64,000 nt of DNA, taken from positions 1,749-65,748 of the forward strand of contig CAYZRH010000004.1 of NCBI GenBank assembly GCA_964480805.1, written 5' to 3'. A program made the position numbers and the translations under genes. Under the pieces are notes generated by a model. The model did no database searches and was not told the DNA's origin. It worked only from the letters and a program-made list of their open reading frames with translations. Below are positions 49,144 through 58,707 of this stretch, one piece after another. The stretch comes from an uncultured Desulfurococcaceae archaeon. Lineage in GTDB: Archaea; Thermoproteota; Thermoprotei_A; Sulfolobales; Desulfurococcaceae. Position 1 is the stretch's first letter. Each line of letters opens with the position of its first letter.

Positions 49144-50187
49144 ATGTATAGAGGATTATGTGTTGAAGGTGTACTCATTTTGGGTAAAGTAGGTGTTGGT
49201 GTAGTAGGTTTAGGACGTATAGGTAGGCTTCATGCAGAGATACTGAAGTATAGAGTTGATAGAGCAGAGCTTATAGCTGTATCAGATGTTGTTGAAGAAA
49301 CTGCTAGAAGTGTTGGTGAGAAACTAAGTGTTAAATGGTATACTGATTATACTAGAATGGTTGAAGACGGTAGAGTTGATGCTGTAGTTATTAGTGCTCC
49401 AACATTCCTCCATAAAGAAATGATTATACAAGCTGTTGAAGCAGGTAAACACGTATTTGTTGAAAAGCCTATGACTGTGACTGTTAGTGAAGCTAAGGAG
49501 GTTGTTAATACTGTTAAGAAACATGGTGTTAAACTCCAAGTAGGCTATAACCGTAGATTTGACTACGCCTACCGTAGTGCAAAGAAGTATATAGAGGAGG
49601 GGAGGATTGGTAAACCTATAGCGTATATAGCTATAGCTAGAGACCCATGTGCTCCGCCAGGATGGGCTGCTGATCCGGGGAAGAGCGGCGGCGTATTTCT
49701 CGATATGCTATCCCATGACTTTGATATGGCCCGTTATTTAATGGATGCTGAAGTTGTTGAAGTATATGTTGTTGGAGGAAACTACTTGTATGAAGAACTA
49801 AAGTCTACTGGAGATCTAGATGTTGTCAGTATAGTTTTTAAATTATCTAATGGAGCACAAGGCTTAATACATGGTACTAGGAAGTTCCCATATGGCTATG
49901 AATTGAGGACAGAGGTTTATGGTTCAGAAGGAGTAGTATATATTGGTAGTAATATTGATAACATGGTTGCTTTAGGTACAAGACATGGTTTAACATACTT
50001 TGGCGCTCCATGGTTTATTAAGAGATTCTATGACGCATATGTAGGAGAGTTAGAAGCTTTTATAGAAGCTATTATTGAAGATAGAGAACCCCCTGTAACA
50101 GCTATAGATGGATTACGTACTGTACAGATTGGAGAAGCTTGTTGGCGTTCGTATAGAGAAGGGAGGAGTGTACTGGTAGAGCTATAG
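49144..50187 (+). CDS. Gfo/Idh/MocA-family NAD(P)-dependent oxidoreductase (inositol 2-dehydrogenase-like)
   Basis: Rossmann VGVGVVGLGRIGRLHAE and the HVFVEKPMT motif. 347 aa. Confidence 0.85.
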   Translation: MYRGLCVEGVLILGKVGVGVVGLGRIGRLHAEILKYRVDRAELIAVSDVVEETARSVGEKLSVKWYTDYTRMVEDGRVDAVVISAPTFLHKEMIIQAVEAGKHVFVEKPMTVTVSEAKEVVNTVKKHGVKLQVGYNRRFDYAYRSAKKYIEEGRIGKPIAYIAIARDPCAPPGWAADPGKSGGVFLDMLSHDFDMARYLMDAEVVEVYVVGGNYLYEELKSTGDLDVVSIVFKLSNGAQGLIHGTRKFPYGYELRTEVYGSEGVVYIGSNIDNMVALGTRHGLTYFGAPWFIKRFYDAYVGELEAFIEAIIEDREPPVTAIDGLRTVQIGEACWRSYREGRSVLVEL

Positions 50188-50349
50188 ATTCTCTTATAGC
50201 GGGATATTTTTTACATAAATCCTTAATCCTAGTAGGCCCTACTATCTATATATATGTACCTATTATAATACAGCATGGCATCCTCTATAGCCCTCTATAG
50301 CAAGGTATAAAAGCTCTTAGCAAACACACTATATGTTGAATAGATTTAG

Positions 50350-51570
50350 GTGGATTGTATGTCTGAAAGCAAGATGTTAGCTCTTGTTCTATACGCAGAC
50401 TATACTCCTAAACCAGACTATCCTATAACTGATGCTGAGAAGAAGACCCGCAAGATCCGTGAGGGTAACAGGGTTTGGAGAAACCCACGTATAGTTCTTG
50501 AAGAAAAACCTATACCTAAGCCCAGGGGAAAGCAGGTGTTGATTAGGGTTAGAGCATGCGGTATATGTGGAAGCGATCTACACTTTGTTGAAACTGATGA
50601 AGAAGGCTATATGTTCTATCCAGGCCTTGTTAAAACACCTGTTGTTATAGGACACGAGTTTAGTGGTGTTGTAGAAGAGGTTGGCCCACAAGTTAAGATG
50701 GTTAAACCAGGTGACCTAGTTACTTCTGAAGAGATGCTGTGGTGCGGCGAGTGTAGTGCTTGTAGACTAGGCTATGTAAACCACTGTACAAGGCTAAACG
50801 ATCCATCTGATCTAGAGTTTGGTGAACTAGGCTTTACACACGATGGTGCTATGGCTGAATACGTTTTAATCCCTTATGAGAAGTATTTATGGAAGATAGA
50901 CACGCTTGTTGAAAGATATGGGAGTGAAGAGAAGGCTTTTGAAGCAGGCAGTCTTGTAGAACCTACTTCAGTAGCCTACCACGCTATATTCAATCGTGCT
51001 GGAGGGTTTAAGCCTGGAGGCTATGTTGTAGTATGGGGTGCTGGTCCAATAGGGCTGGCATCTATCTCTCTTGCTAAAGCTGCTGGTGCTGGTAAGATTA
51101 TAGCTTTTGAGATAAGCTCTGTAAGGAAGGAGTTAGCTAAGAGTGTTGGAGCAGACTATGTTTTCGACCCATTTGAGTTAAAGAAGAATGGGGTAGAGCC
51201 TTGGGAGAAGATAATGGATGTGACTGGTGGTGAGGGTGCTGATATGCATGTTGAAGTTGCTGGTGCTCCAGAACACACTCTACCACAGATGTTGAAGAGT
51301 CTAGCGGTAGGAGCTAAGATTGCATGGATTGGTAGAGCTCCAAAAGAGGTACCTATATATCTTGAAGTACTGCAGGTACGTAGAGCACAAGTATTTGGTA
51401 GTCAGGGACATTCTGGGTGGGGTACTTTTAGAAATGTTATAAGGCTTATGGCTGCTGGAAGAATAGATATGACAAAGATAATAACGAGTAGGTTTAAGCT
51501 TAGTGATGCTTTAAAAGCTTTTGAAAGAGGACATAAGAGGGTTGATGGAAAGATAACGATAAAGCCCTAG
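50350..51570 (+). CDS. zinc-dependent medium-chain dehydrogenase (sorbitol/threonine-DH-like)
   Basis: CGICGSDLH, GHEFSGVVEEVG, structural-Zn CGECSACRLGYVNHC, GAGPIGLAS. Start is GTG 50350 or ATG 50359. Confidence 0.85.
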   Translation: MDCMSESKMLALVLYADYTPKPDYPITDAEKKTRKIREGNRVWRNPRIVLEEKPIPKPRGKQVLIRVRACGICGSDLHFVETDEEGYMFYPGLVKTPVVIGHEFSGVVEEVGPQVKMVKPGDLVTSEEMLWCGECSACRLGYVNHCTRLNDPSDLEFGELGFTHDGAMAEYVLIPYEKYLWKIDTLVERYGSEEKAFEAGSLVEPTSVAYHAIFNRAGGFKPGGYVVVWGAGPIGLASISLAKAAGAGKIIAFEISSVRKELAKSVGADYVFDPFELKKNGVEPWEKIMDVTGGEGADMHVEVAGAPEHTLPQMLKSLAVGAKIAWIGRAPKEVPIYLEVLQVRRAQVFGSQGHSGWGTFRNVIRLMAAGRIDMTKIITSRFKLSDALKAFERGHKRVDGKITIKP

Positions 51571-51691
51571 GTAGTGTAAACCTATAAAATAGCCTCTTTT
51601 TCCTCCTCTAAAACAATTCCCTCTACAATCTCTAACTTATACTATACACGCAGATAAGGTTATTTTATGCTCTACTGCTATGTGTTAGTAG

Positions 51692-52705
51692 GTGTATAAT
51701 TTGAAGCCCAAGCTCTTCATAACTAGAGAGCTCTTTACAGACGTTATTGAAAAACTTAGGGAATACTATGATGTAGAAGTATGGGATCACTACCAGCCTC
51801 CACCATACGAGGTTTTGTTAGAGAAGGTTAGGGAAGTTGACGCACTAGCATCACTATTAACTGATAGAATTGACTGCAACCTCTTACAAAAAGCTAGGAA
51901 GCTTAGAATTATAGCTCAGTATGCTGTAGGATACGATAACATTGATGTAGAGTGTGCTACAAAGCTAGGAATATATGTCACTAACACACCTGGTGTACTA
52001 ACTGAAGCTACAGCAGAACTTACATGGGCTCTCCTCATGGCTGTTGCTAGAAGAGTTGTTGAAGCAGACCATTTTGTTAGATGGGGGGAGTGGTGGAGGC
52101 TTAAGACTGGATGGCATCCTAAGATGATGCTTGGTGTAGAGCTTAAGGGTAAGACTCTAGGAATTATAGGGCTTGGTAGAATAGGTTCTCGTGTAGCAGA
52201 GTTTGGCAGAGCTTTTGGAATGAAGATTATATACTATAGTAGAACTCGTAAAAAGGATCTTGAGGAGAAGTATGGGTATGAGTATCGTGAGTTAGACGAC
52301 CTCCTTAGAGAAGCCGATATAGTCTCTATACATGTACCATTAACTAAAGAGACGTATCATATGATAGATGAGGAGAAGCTTAAGAAGATGAAGAAAGGGG
52401 CAATACTGATCAATACAGCTAGAGGTGCTGTAGTAGATACAGACGCTCTAGTTAAAGCTCTTAGAGAGGGATGGATAGCTGGTGCTGGACTAGATGTTCA
52501 TGAAAGCGAACCCTTTGATCCAAACCACCCTATAACAGCACTTAAGAACGTGGTTCTACTACCACACATAGGCTCAGCTACGTATGAGACAAGGCATAGA
52601 ATGGCTGAACTAGTTGCTGAAAACCTTATAGCTTTCTATAAAGGCAGGATCCCTCCAACACTTGTCAATAAAGAAGTTGTAGAGAAACGTAAGCCAGGGT
52701 TCTAA
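51692..52705 (+). CDS. D-isomer-specific 2-hydroxyacid dehydrogenase (glyoxylate/hydroxypyruvate reductase-like)
   Basis: [48 protein letters not shown]. Probable TTG start near 51701 (KPKLFITRE). Confidence 0.85.
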   Translation: MYNLKPKLFITRELFTDVIEKLREYYDVEVWDHYQPPPYEVLLEKVREVDALASLLTDRIDCNLLQKARKLRIIAQYAVGYDNIDVECATKLGIYVTNTPGVLTEATAELTWALLMAVARRVVEADHFVRWGEWWRLKTGWHPKMMLGVELKGKTLGIIGLGRIGSRVAEFGRAFGMKIIYYSRTRKKDLEEKYGYEYRELDDLLREADIVSIHVPLTKETYHMIDEEKLKKMKKGAILINTARGAVVDTDALVKALREGWIAGAGLDVHESEPFDPNHPITALKNVVLLPHIGSATYETRHRMAELVAENLIAFYKGRIPPTLVNKEVVEKRKPGF

Positions 52706-52852
52706 GCCTCTAACTTTATAATATATTTTCAATATAATCAGCTTTTTCAAAATGTTTTAAGAAATATACCTATCTGACCACCTTAGTTGGTTTAGATACT
52801 AGATAATAACATACTCTGTCTATTAATGTATTTTAGAAGCTTATACATCCCA

Positions 52853-53584
52853 TTATCTTAAAGCTTTCTTTATCATTTCTGGAGTGTCTGTTATAATTAT
52901 GTCAACGCCGAGATCGGCTAAGTATTTAGCCATACGTGCATCATTAACAGTCCAAACTGCTATAATGAAATTGTTTTGATGAAATTCTTCAACAAGTTCT
53001 TTATCAACAAAAGCTGTTCTTATACTAGCTCCATCAACACCTATACTTCTTAAATATTGTGTAGGTCTAATAGGTTCTTCTTCAAAAGTAACTAGTGCTT
53101 TCACATATGGAAGAACCTTCTTAACATCAATTACGTTTTTATGATATTTTGACGTAACATATATTGCACCACTATACCTACTAGAACCTATTACCCTAGC
53201 TAACTTAAAACCCATATCTTTAGACTTTAAATCAATCATTATGTCAATAGCTTTGTTCTTCTTTCTAGCTTCTCTATTTATAAAGTCCAAAACTGTACTT
53301 AGTGGTTGATACTTTTTCAAAACACCATATGATACAGCTTGAGCTAGTTCATGAAATATTCTACGTGGTATTTCTAGAGTCTCCTCGCCCTTATACTCCA
53401 TAGTCTCACGCATAAGCTTCTCCTCCATAACGTGGTGTAGTACTATGTTGCCATTAGCTGGAGATAGGATAGCATCTATTTCTAAAGCATTGATGAATGG
53501 GTTGTTAATGACACGTTTTATCTTCCATAGACTATTTACTTTATGGGCTACCACTAATGGTAGAGAGCTAGAAGAGTGTTTCAT
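52853..53584 (-). CDS. glycerophosphodiester phosphodiesterase (GDPD) family protein
   Basis: 243 aa. C-terminal VWTVNDARMAKYLADLGVDIIITDTPE is the typical GDPD signature. N-terminal VVAHKV...EIDA. Confidence 0.65.
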   Translation of the reverse strand: MKHSSSSLPLVVAHKVNSLWKIKRVINNPFINALEIDAILSPANGNIVLHHVMEEKLMRETMEYKGEETLEIPRRIFHELAQAVSYGVLKKYQPLSTVLDFINREARKKNKAIDIMIDLKSKDMGFKLARVIGSSRYSGAIYVTSKYHKNVIDVKKVLPYVKALVTFEEEPIRPTQYLRSIGVDGASIRTAFVDKELVEEFHQNNFIIAVWTVNDARMAKYLADLGVDIIITDTPEMIKKALR

Positions 53585-53990
53585 AGCCTAGTATATCACC
53601 ATATACCCGTTTTTCATAAGCTATAGTTAGCCAGTACATATGCATTCTCTAGATGAGGGTTTGAACATATAGAGTTTATAAACTCTACGCCATATAAGGT
53701 GCTGTTAGATAAATAGTTCTATTTAACATCATGTATATACTATTGCTCAATCTTCATACCTAGTAAACGATATTTTAGATAAATACTAATACTGGAGGAG
53801 CTTGTTTATCGGCGAATCTATGTCTATGTAAACACTTCTGTTGAGACCCAGTTTTTATAAGAGGATATGGTTAGCACCATTTTTACATAGCTGATGCAAA
53901 GTTATGTTCGACAGATTTAAAGTCTAGGTTCTAGTCAATACCATGTAGGTGTTTATTGTGGCTCACAATAGGCTCTCTCTTAGCTATGTA

Positions 53991-56132
53991 ATGGAGGTAA
54001 TCAATTCTATTGAATCAGAGAAGCTTGTTCTACCAGTACCCCCTAGAATAGACCATTCAGACCATATTATAAAGACTGCTTTAGCTGGTCATACAAAGCT
54101 TGCTGCTGACCATATCCTTTACCCTGAAATGAAGGGTAGAGTTGTTGATGTACTAGGCTCTGTTATTAGAAGGCTTAACCTACTATTTATTTCTAGTAAT
54201 CCTGTTGGTGTTGAAGAAAGTATTAAACGTAGGTATATAGCTGATCGTTATCTAGCCTATGATCTATTGTTAGAGATCGCATGGAATCTCATAGGTATAG
54301 AGTCTAGAAGAGTCGGTTTTGGTAGAGAAGAGATTGAGAGAGGGTTAAAGATAATCGTTAACGCTCTTAAAGACTGGGAGGCTGTTGAAAGGGAAGAGTA
54401 TGGTGAACCAGTTATACTAGAAGCTGTTATTAGTAAACAACTAGAGTCTATGAAGATAGTGAATAAGGGCAATAGCCTACTAGCATACATTGCTAGTGAA
54501 GTAGAGAAAAAGCTTGATCAAGGAAGTCTAGCTGAATCATTTATTAATGCTATGAAGAACCAGCTTACTAACACTATATACTACCATGCTTCACTCCATA
54601 GACTATGCAAGTTTGGCAATGACTATGCTCTAGGACTTAGATGGCTTAGACACCTAGGCTATGTACAAGTTTCAACAAACCCTGCTCTAGCAGCTAGAGC
54701 CTATGATGACGACCCTAGTTTATGGGAGAGGTTTAAGAAGTATGCTAGAGAAGTCTTGTCTAAAAAGTATCCAGAATGGTTTAGAGATCCAGATAAATAC
54801 GCTGACGATATTGCTATGGAAGCTACAAGGTTCGGTCTTATGGAGAACTTCCTTGTATTTAGACCTCCATTCTTCTGGTCAGATTATCACGACGGTCTTG
54901 TAAGCTACCAGCTTAACCCATTGATAGCACATGATCCTGTTAAGAGTGTTGAAGCTGCTAAAGAGTTTGCTATAAGGCTTGAAGAGGATTTAAGAGTATA
55001 TGATGAGTATCTACTATGGGGTTATACAACAGCTAATGTAGAGAAGGGTAGACCCAACCTTGTTGTAAAAGTAGCTGCAGCCTATCCAGCAGCCTTAGAG
55101 ATTGCCCGTAAACTTAACGAAATAGGTATTGGCCAGAACATCACGGTTAGCTATACAGTGGCTCAGGAGGTATTAATTGGAGTAGCTGCTATGGAGGGTA
55201 TGGCTAAAGCTATTAAGAAGGGTATTAAGCCAACACAAACCTATGACACTAATATGGGTGGTAGACTAGAGGATCATTTAAGAGATGTTGTTGCTGCTAA
55301 ACTTGTTTGGAAAGCTATTGAGAGACTTAGTGATGATGAGAAGGAGAGGAAAGTTAACGATCTTTTAGAAAAACTTCTTAAAGACAAAGAGAAGCTTGAA
55401 GAAGCTATAAAGATGCCTCTAAGTGAGAGAATAGACTACTTAGTATCAAAGCGTGTTCTAGGGAGAAACTTGTTAAGAGAAGAGTTTGTTGAATTCCTTG
55501 ACAAGAGCGGTGTATTTGGTTCTAGAGAGAAGCTTATTGAAATGCTTAAAAGGATCCAGTATGATCTAGCTTTATCAGGTACATTTGTTGCACAGAGAGT
55601 TTATGAAATAATGTTTTCTCCATGGAATCGTGAGAAATGGATAAAATACCTTATGGAGAAACACGGGATAACACGTGAAGAAGCAGTGTATGTTATAGAC
55701 CGCATAGACCTACTGCCAGCTTCTAAGAGAAAACCTATTGATACACTATATACGTTTGCATCAAAGAATATGACTAATACAGAATTCCCTAACCACCAGT
55801 TAAAAGTACAACAAGAATATATGAAACCAGGGTTTAAACTAGATGATTATGCAGAGTCTATATATCAACAACTAGACCAAGAGGCTCTTAAGAGACTTAC
55901 GGAAGAGTATGAAGACTTCGTAAAAGCATATGAAGCATCGCCAGAACTTAATGAGTTATTGAAAAAAGTTGGGATAACAGGAGATTATGGAAACCGTGGT
56001 ATAGAGGTAGAGAAATGGCCAGAGTATGGTCCATGTAGAAAGACTATGAAAGAGTTTACAAATGCTTACCTAAGATTCCGTGATAAAGTTCTTGAAACAA
56101 TTAAAGAACTGGGAAGGGAGTTAGGCTTATAG
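53991..56132 (+). CDS. large (~710-727 aa) protein with transaldolase/FSA-like TIM-barrel motifs
   Basis: VQVSTNPALA (cf. TTNPSL). LVVKVAAAYPAALEIARKLNEIGIGQNITVSYTVAQE (cf. E. coli TalB [36 protein letters not shown], including the Schiff-base Lys). NMGGRLEDHL (cf. SPFVGRILDW). ORF opens at GTG 53949; first ATG is 53991. Confidence 0.45.
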   Translation: MEVINSIESEKLVLPVPPRIDHSDHIIKTALAGHTKLAADHILYPEMKGRVVDVLGSVIRRLNLLFISSNPVGVEESIKRRYIADRYLAYDLLLEIAWNLIGIESRRVGFGREEIERGLKIIVNALKDWEAVEREEYGEPVILEAVISKQLESMKIVNKGNSLLAYIASEVEKKLDQGSLAESFINAMKNQLTNTIYYHASLHRLCKFGNDYALGLRWLRHLGYVQVSTNPALAARAYDDDPSLWERFKKYAREVLSKKYPEWFRDPDKYADDIAMEATRFGLMENFLVFRPPFFWSDYHDGLVSYQLNPLIAHDPVKSVEAAKEFAIRLEEDLRVYDEYLLWGYTTANVEKGRPNLVVKVAAAYPAALEIARKLNEIGIGQNITVSYTVAQEVLIGVAAMEGMAKAIKKGIKPTQTYDTNMGGRLEDHLRDVVAAKLVWKAIERLSDDEKERKVNDLLEKLLKDKEKLEEAIKMPLSERIDYLVSKRVLGRNLLREEFVEFLDKSGVFGSREKLIEMLKRIQYDLALSGTFVAQRVYEIMFSPWNREKWIKYLMEKHGITREEAVYVIDRIDLLPASKRKPIDTLYTFASKNMTNTEFPNHQLKVQQEYMKPGFKLDDYAESIYQQLDQEALKRLTEEYEDFVKAYEASPELNELLKKVGITGDYGNRGIEVEKWPEYGPCRKTMKEFTNAYLRFRDKVLETIKELGRELGL

Positions 56133-56226
56133 CTTTAATGTATATAGCTGTATTTAGATAAATATTTTTAACTCTCTATAGATAACCAAGATTAAGGCTA
56201 ATCATTAATAGTTGATGTAGTCTTGT

Positions 56227-56264
56227 CTATCTTAGTAAGTGTCTGTATAATCTTACTTAGATAG
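56227..56264. repeat. 13-bp imperfect inverted repeat (CTATCTTAGTAAG / CTTACTTAGATAG) with 12-nt spacer
   Basis: 12 of 13 positions pair. Lies 108 nt upstream of the ABC ATPase start. Confidence 0.5.
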
Positions 56265-56371
56265 TTTATAATGGTATATGTCTTTAATAAATGCTATTGT
56301 TAGAAAATCTTTACTTACTACTAGTTTAAGCTTTAAATACCTTTAAAACACTGTATAGTGTCAGTATATTA

Positions 56372-57331
56372 ATGGAGGTGTCCACTATATTGTCTACTGC
56401 TCTACTCATAGTAAAGGATCTTAGGAAAGTGTATAGCGGTGGTGTTGAGGCTGTTAAAGGTGTGTCGTTTAGTATTGAAAAGCCCTCTTTAATAGCTCTT
56501 CTTGGGCCTAATGGTGCTGGTAAGACGACTTTACTTAATATGATTGTTGGTGTACTCCCTCCAACTAATGGTGAAGTATATGTTCTTGGCAAAAACCCTT
56601 GGAGAGAACGTGAAGCTAGGAGGTTAATAGGCTTTGTACCACAAGAACTAGGTATTAGAGGTGATCTAACTGTTTATGAAAACCTAGTGTATATAGCAGC
56701 GATAAATGGTGTATCAGTATCTAGAGCACGTTTAAGAGCTAGAGAGCTTATGGAATCTCTTGGATTATTTGAGTATAGGAATAAACTTGCTAGCAAACTA
56801 TCTGGTGGTTTAAAGAGAAGACTATCTATAGCTATGTCTCTTATACATGACCCACAAGTGCTTGTACTTGATGAGCCAACAACTGGTCTAGATCCTGGTA
56901 TAAGAGTGGAGTTTATAAAAATGCTTAAAGAGCTTGTTAGTGAAGGTAAGGCTGTACTATTATCTACACATATATCTGAAGATGCAGAGTACTGTGATGA
57001 AGTAATTATTATGGATAAGGGGGTAATTGTAGCTAAGGGTTCTCCAGAAGAGCTTAAGAGGAAGACAGTTGGCTTAAAAACAATTGTTGAACTAGTAACA
57101 GGTAATCCTGATAAAGCTGTTAAGGTGTTAAAGGGAGGTCTTGATGTTAAGAAGAAAGAGGATCTAGTAAATGTGTATTTAGAGAATGCTGAAAGAGAGC
57201 TTCCTAGACTATTCAATATACTGTTATCACATGGTATAGAGATCTATGAGGCTAGGATTAGGAAGCCAACAATATCTGATGTATTCTTATTGTTAACAGG
57301 GCATCCTCTTGAAGAGACTAGTGTTGGGTGA
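56372..57331 (+). CDS. ABC transporter ATP-binding protein (ABC-2/DrrA-like)
   Basis: Walker A GPNGAGKTT, signature LSGGLKRRLS, Walker B LVLDEPTTGLD. Confidence 0.9.
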   Translation: MEVSTILSTALLIVKDLRKVYSGGVEAVKGVSFSIEKPSLIALLGPNGAGKTTLLNMIVGVLPPTNGEVYVLGKNPWREREARRLIGFVPQELGIRGDLTVYENLVYIAAINGVSVSRARLRARELMESLGLFEYRNKLASKLSGGLKRRLSIAMSLIHDPQVLVLDEPTTGLDPGIRVEFIKMLKELVSEGKAVLLSTHISEDAEYCDEVIIMDKGVIVAKGSPEELKRKTVGLKTIVELVTGNPDKAVKVLKGGLDVKKKEDLVNVYLENAERELPRLFNILLSHGIEIYEARIRKPTISDVFLLLTGHPLEETSVG

Positions 57332-57337
57332 GACTCT

Positions 57338-58693
57338 ATGTCTAGAACATTATCTATAATATACTATGGTATAAAGAGCTACCTTAGACATAAAGATGTA
57401 TTATTCTGGGTTATAGCATGGCCTATACTATGGCTGTTACTAGTAGCTTATGTATTCGTACCCCCGACTGGAGGGGTTGAAGTAAGAGTTGCCATTATAG
57501 ATTGTGATCAAGGGCTTCAGAGTAATGTAACAGCATGGACTCCACTATATAGTGGAGAGGAGGTTAATCTTACTAATGAAGTTGTCAGTGTCTTTAAACA
57601 AGCTAGTGGTGTTAAAGCTACATACATGGTTGACGTGGTTGGTTGTAGATGTAGTAACAAGAGTTCGTGTAGGGATTATGCTAAAGGACTATTAATTAAG
57701 AAAGGCTATGATATAGCTGTCCTTGTACCAGAGAACGCTAGTGAATACTATGTTAACTGGATACCTGTTAACTTAACAGTATATATTAAGGCTTCAACAC
57801 CTAATGAGGAGTATCTTGGCTATGGCTATGCTCTATCACCATTATTTAATTTAACAATGAACTCTACACTAGAGAGAATAGATAGAGCTACAGAATTTGT
57901 ATCAAACTATACAAAATACTCTACACCAAGTAATGTTACATATAATATGACTGGTGCAGAGTATAGTAGGTATATAAGATTCTTCTTCTATAGTATAGTG
58001 TTTCCAGTAAACCCTAGTATAGACATAGTTAAGCCAAGGACTATGGTTGATAGACCAGGTGTTGTAGGGTGGACTACTATAGGTGCTATAGGACTAGCTC
58101 TTATGACAGGGCTATTGACTGCTGGAGCAGGATTCTTTGTATTTCGTAGTGAGTCTGGTTATCTAAAGAGACTACTAGCTAGCTCTATATCTTTGAGAAA
58201 GCTATTATTAATCGACTTAGTTGAAAACCTTATAATATCATTAATAGTGTCAGCTATTATAGTAGCTGTTGGAGTAGCTATTGGTGCAAGAATACTGTTC
58301 AACCCACTAGATCCACTACACTATATAGCAGTAGTGTTCATACTATTAGCAGCCTTATTTGCTTATGGACTGGGGCTACTGTTAGCACCAATAACTAGGT
58401 CTTCTAGAGCAACTGGTGGGGCAACAGCTATAGGTTTAATACTCGTATTCCTTACAGGTATATGGTGGCCTCCAAAACAGATGCTTCCACAACCACTTAG
58501 AGCATTTGCTTATGTATTCCCTCCATCATGTGCTTTTGATGTTGTTAGAGATATTGTTGTATGGGGTAAGAGTCTAGTGGATACTCTATGGAATATGGAG
58601 GCTGCTATTATAGGTACTATTATATTATATGTTATCATAGCATTAGTGTATCATAGTAGATTAGAGAAGTTTGCTGAAAAAGTATTAGAGTAG
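57338..58693 (+). CDS. ABC-2-type transporter permease with large sequon-rich extracytoplasmic loop
   Basis: 451 aa. N-terminal TM, a ~200-aa loop with several N-x-S/T sites, then about 5 C-terminal TM. Lies 6 nt after the ATPase gene. Confidence 0.7.
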   Translation: MSRTLSIIYYGIKSYLRHKDVLFWVIAWPILWLLLVAYVFVPPTGGVEVRVAIIDCDQGLQSNVTAWTPLYSGEEVNLTNEVVSVFKQASGVKATYMVDVVGCRCSNKSSCRDYAKGLLIKKGYDIAVLVPENASEYYVNWIPVNLTVYIKASTPNEEYLGYGYALSPLFNLTMNSTLERIDRATEFVSNYTKYSTPSNVTYNMTGAEYSRYIRFFFYSIVFPVNPSIDIVKPRTMVDRPGVVGWTTIGAIGLALMTGLLTAGAGFFVFRSESGYLKRLLASSISLRKLLLIDLVENLIISLIVSAIIVAVGVAIGARILFNPLDPLHYIAVVFILLAALFAYGLGLLLAPITRSSRATGGATAIGLILVFLTGIWWPPKQMLPQPLRAFAYVFPPSCAFDVVRDIVVWGKSLVDTLWNMEAAIIGTIILYVIIALVYHSRLEKFAEKVLE

Positions 58694-58707
58694 GGTTTGT
58701 TTTAACG

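Noticed and set aside
53672-53685. Perfect 14-nt palindrome GAGTTTATAAACTC in the 364-nt divergent intergenic region between the GDPD and transaldolase-like genes. It is a possible bidirectional TATA element.
   Set aside because: Short AT-rich palindromes are expected by chance in this composition, and its distance to either start (~90 and ~265-305 nt) is not diagnostic.
53585-53948. Scanned this long intergenic region, and 22952-23022 (which contains ATGATGC), for C/D-box sRNAs.
   Set aside because: No properly spaced C (RUGAUGA) and D (CUGA) box pair with 12-nt guide spacing was found, only isolated partial boxes.
56326-57216. Minus-strand ORFs 56326-56592 and 56674-57216 across the ABC ATPase gene.
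   Set aside because: The plus-strand frame carries Walker A, signature and Walker B motifs. The antisense translations are Ser/Leu-rich noise.
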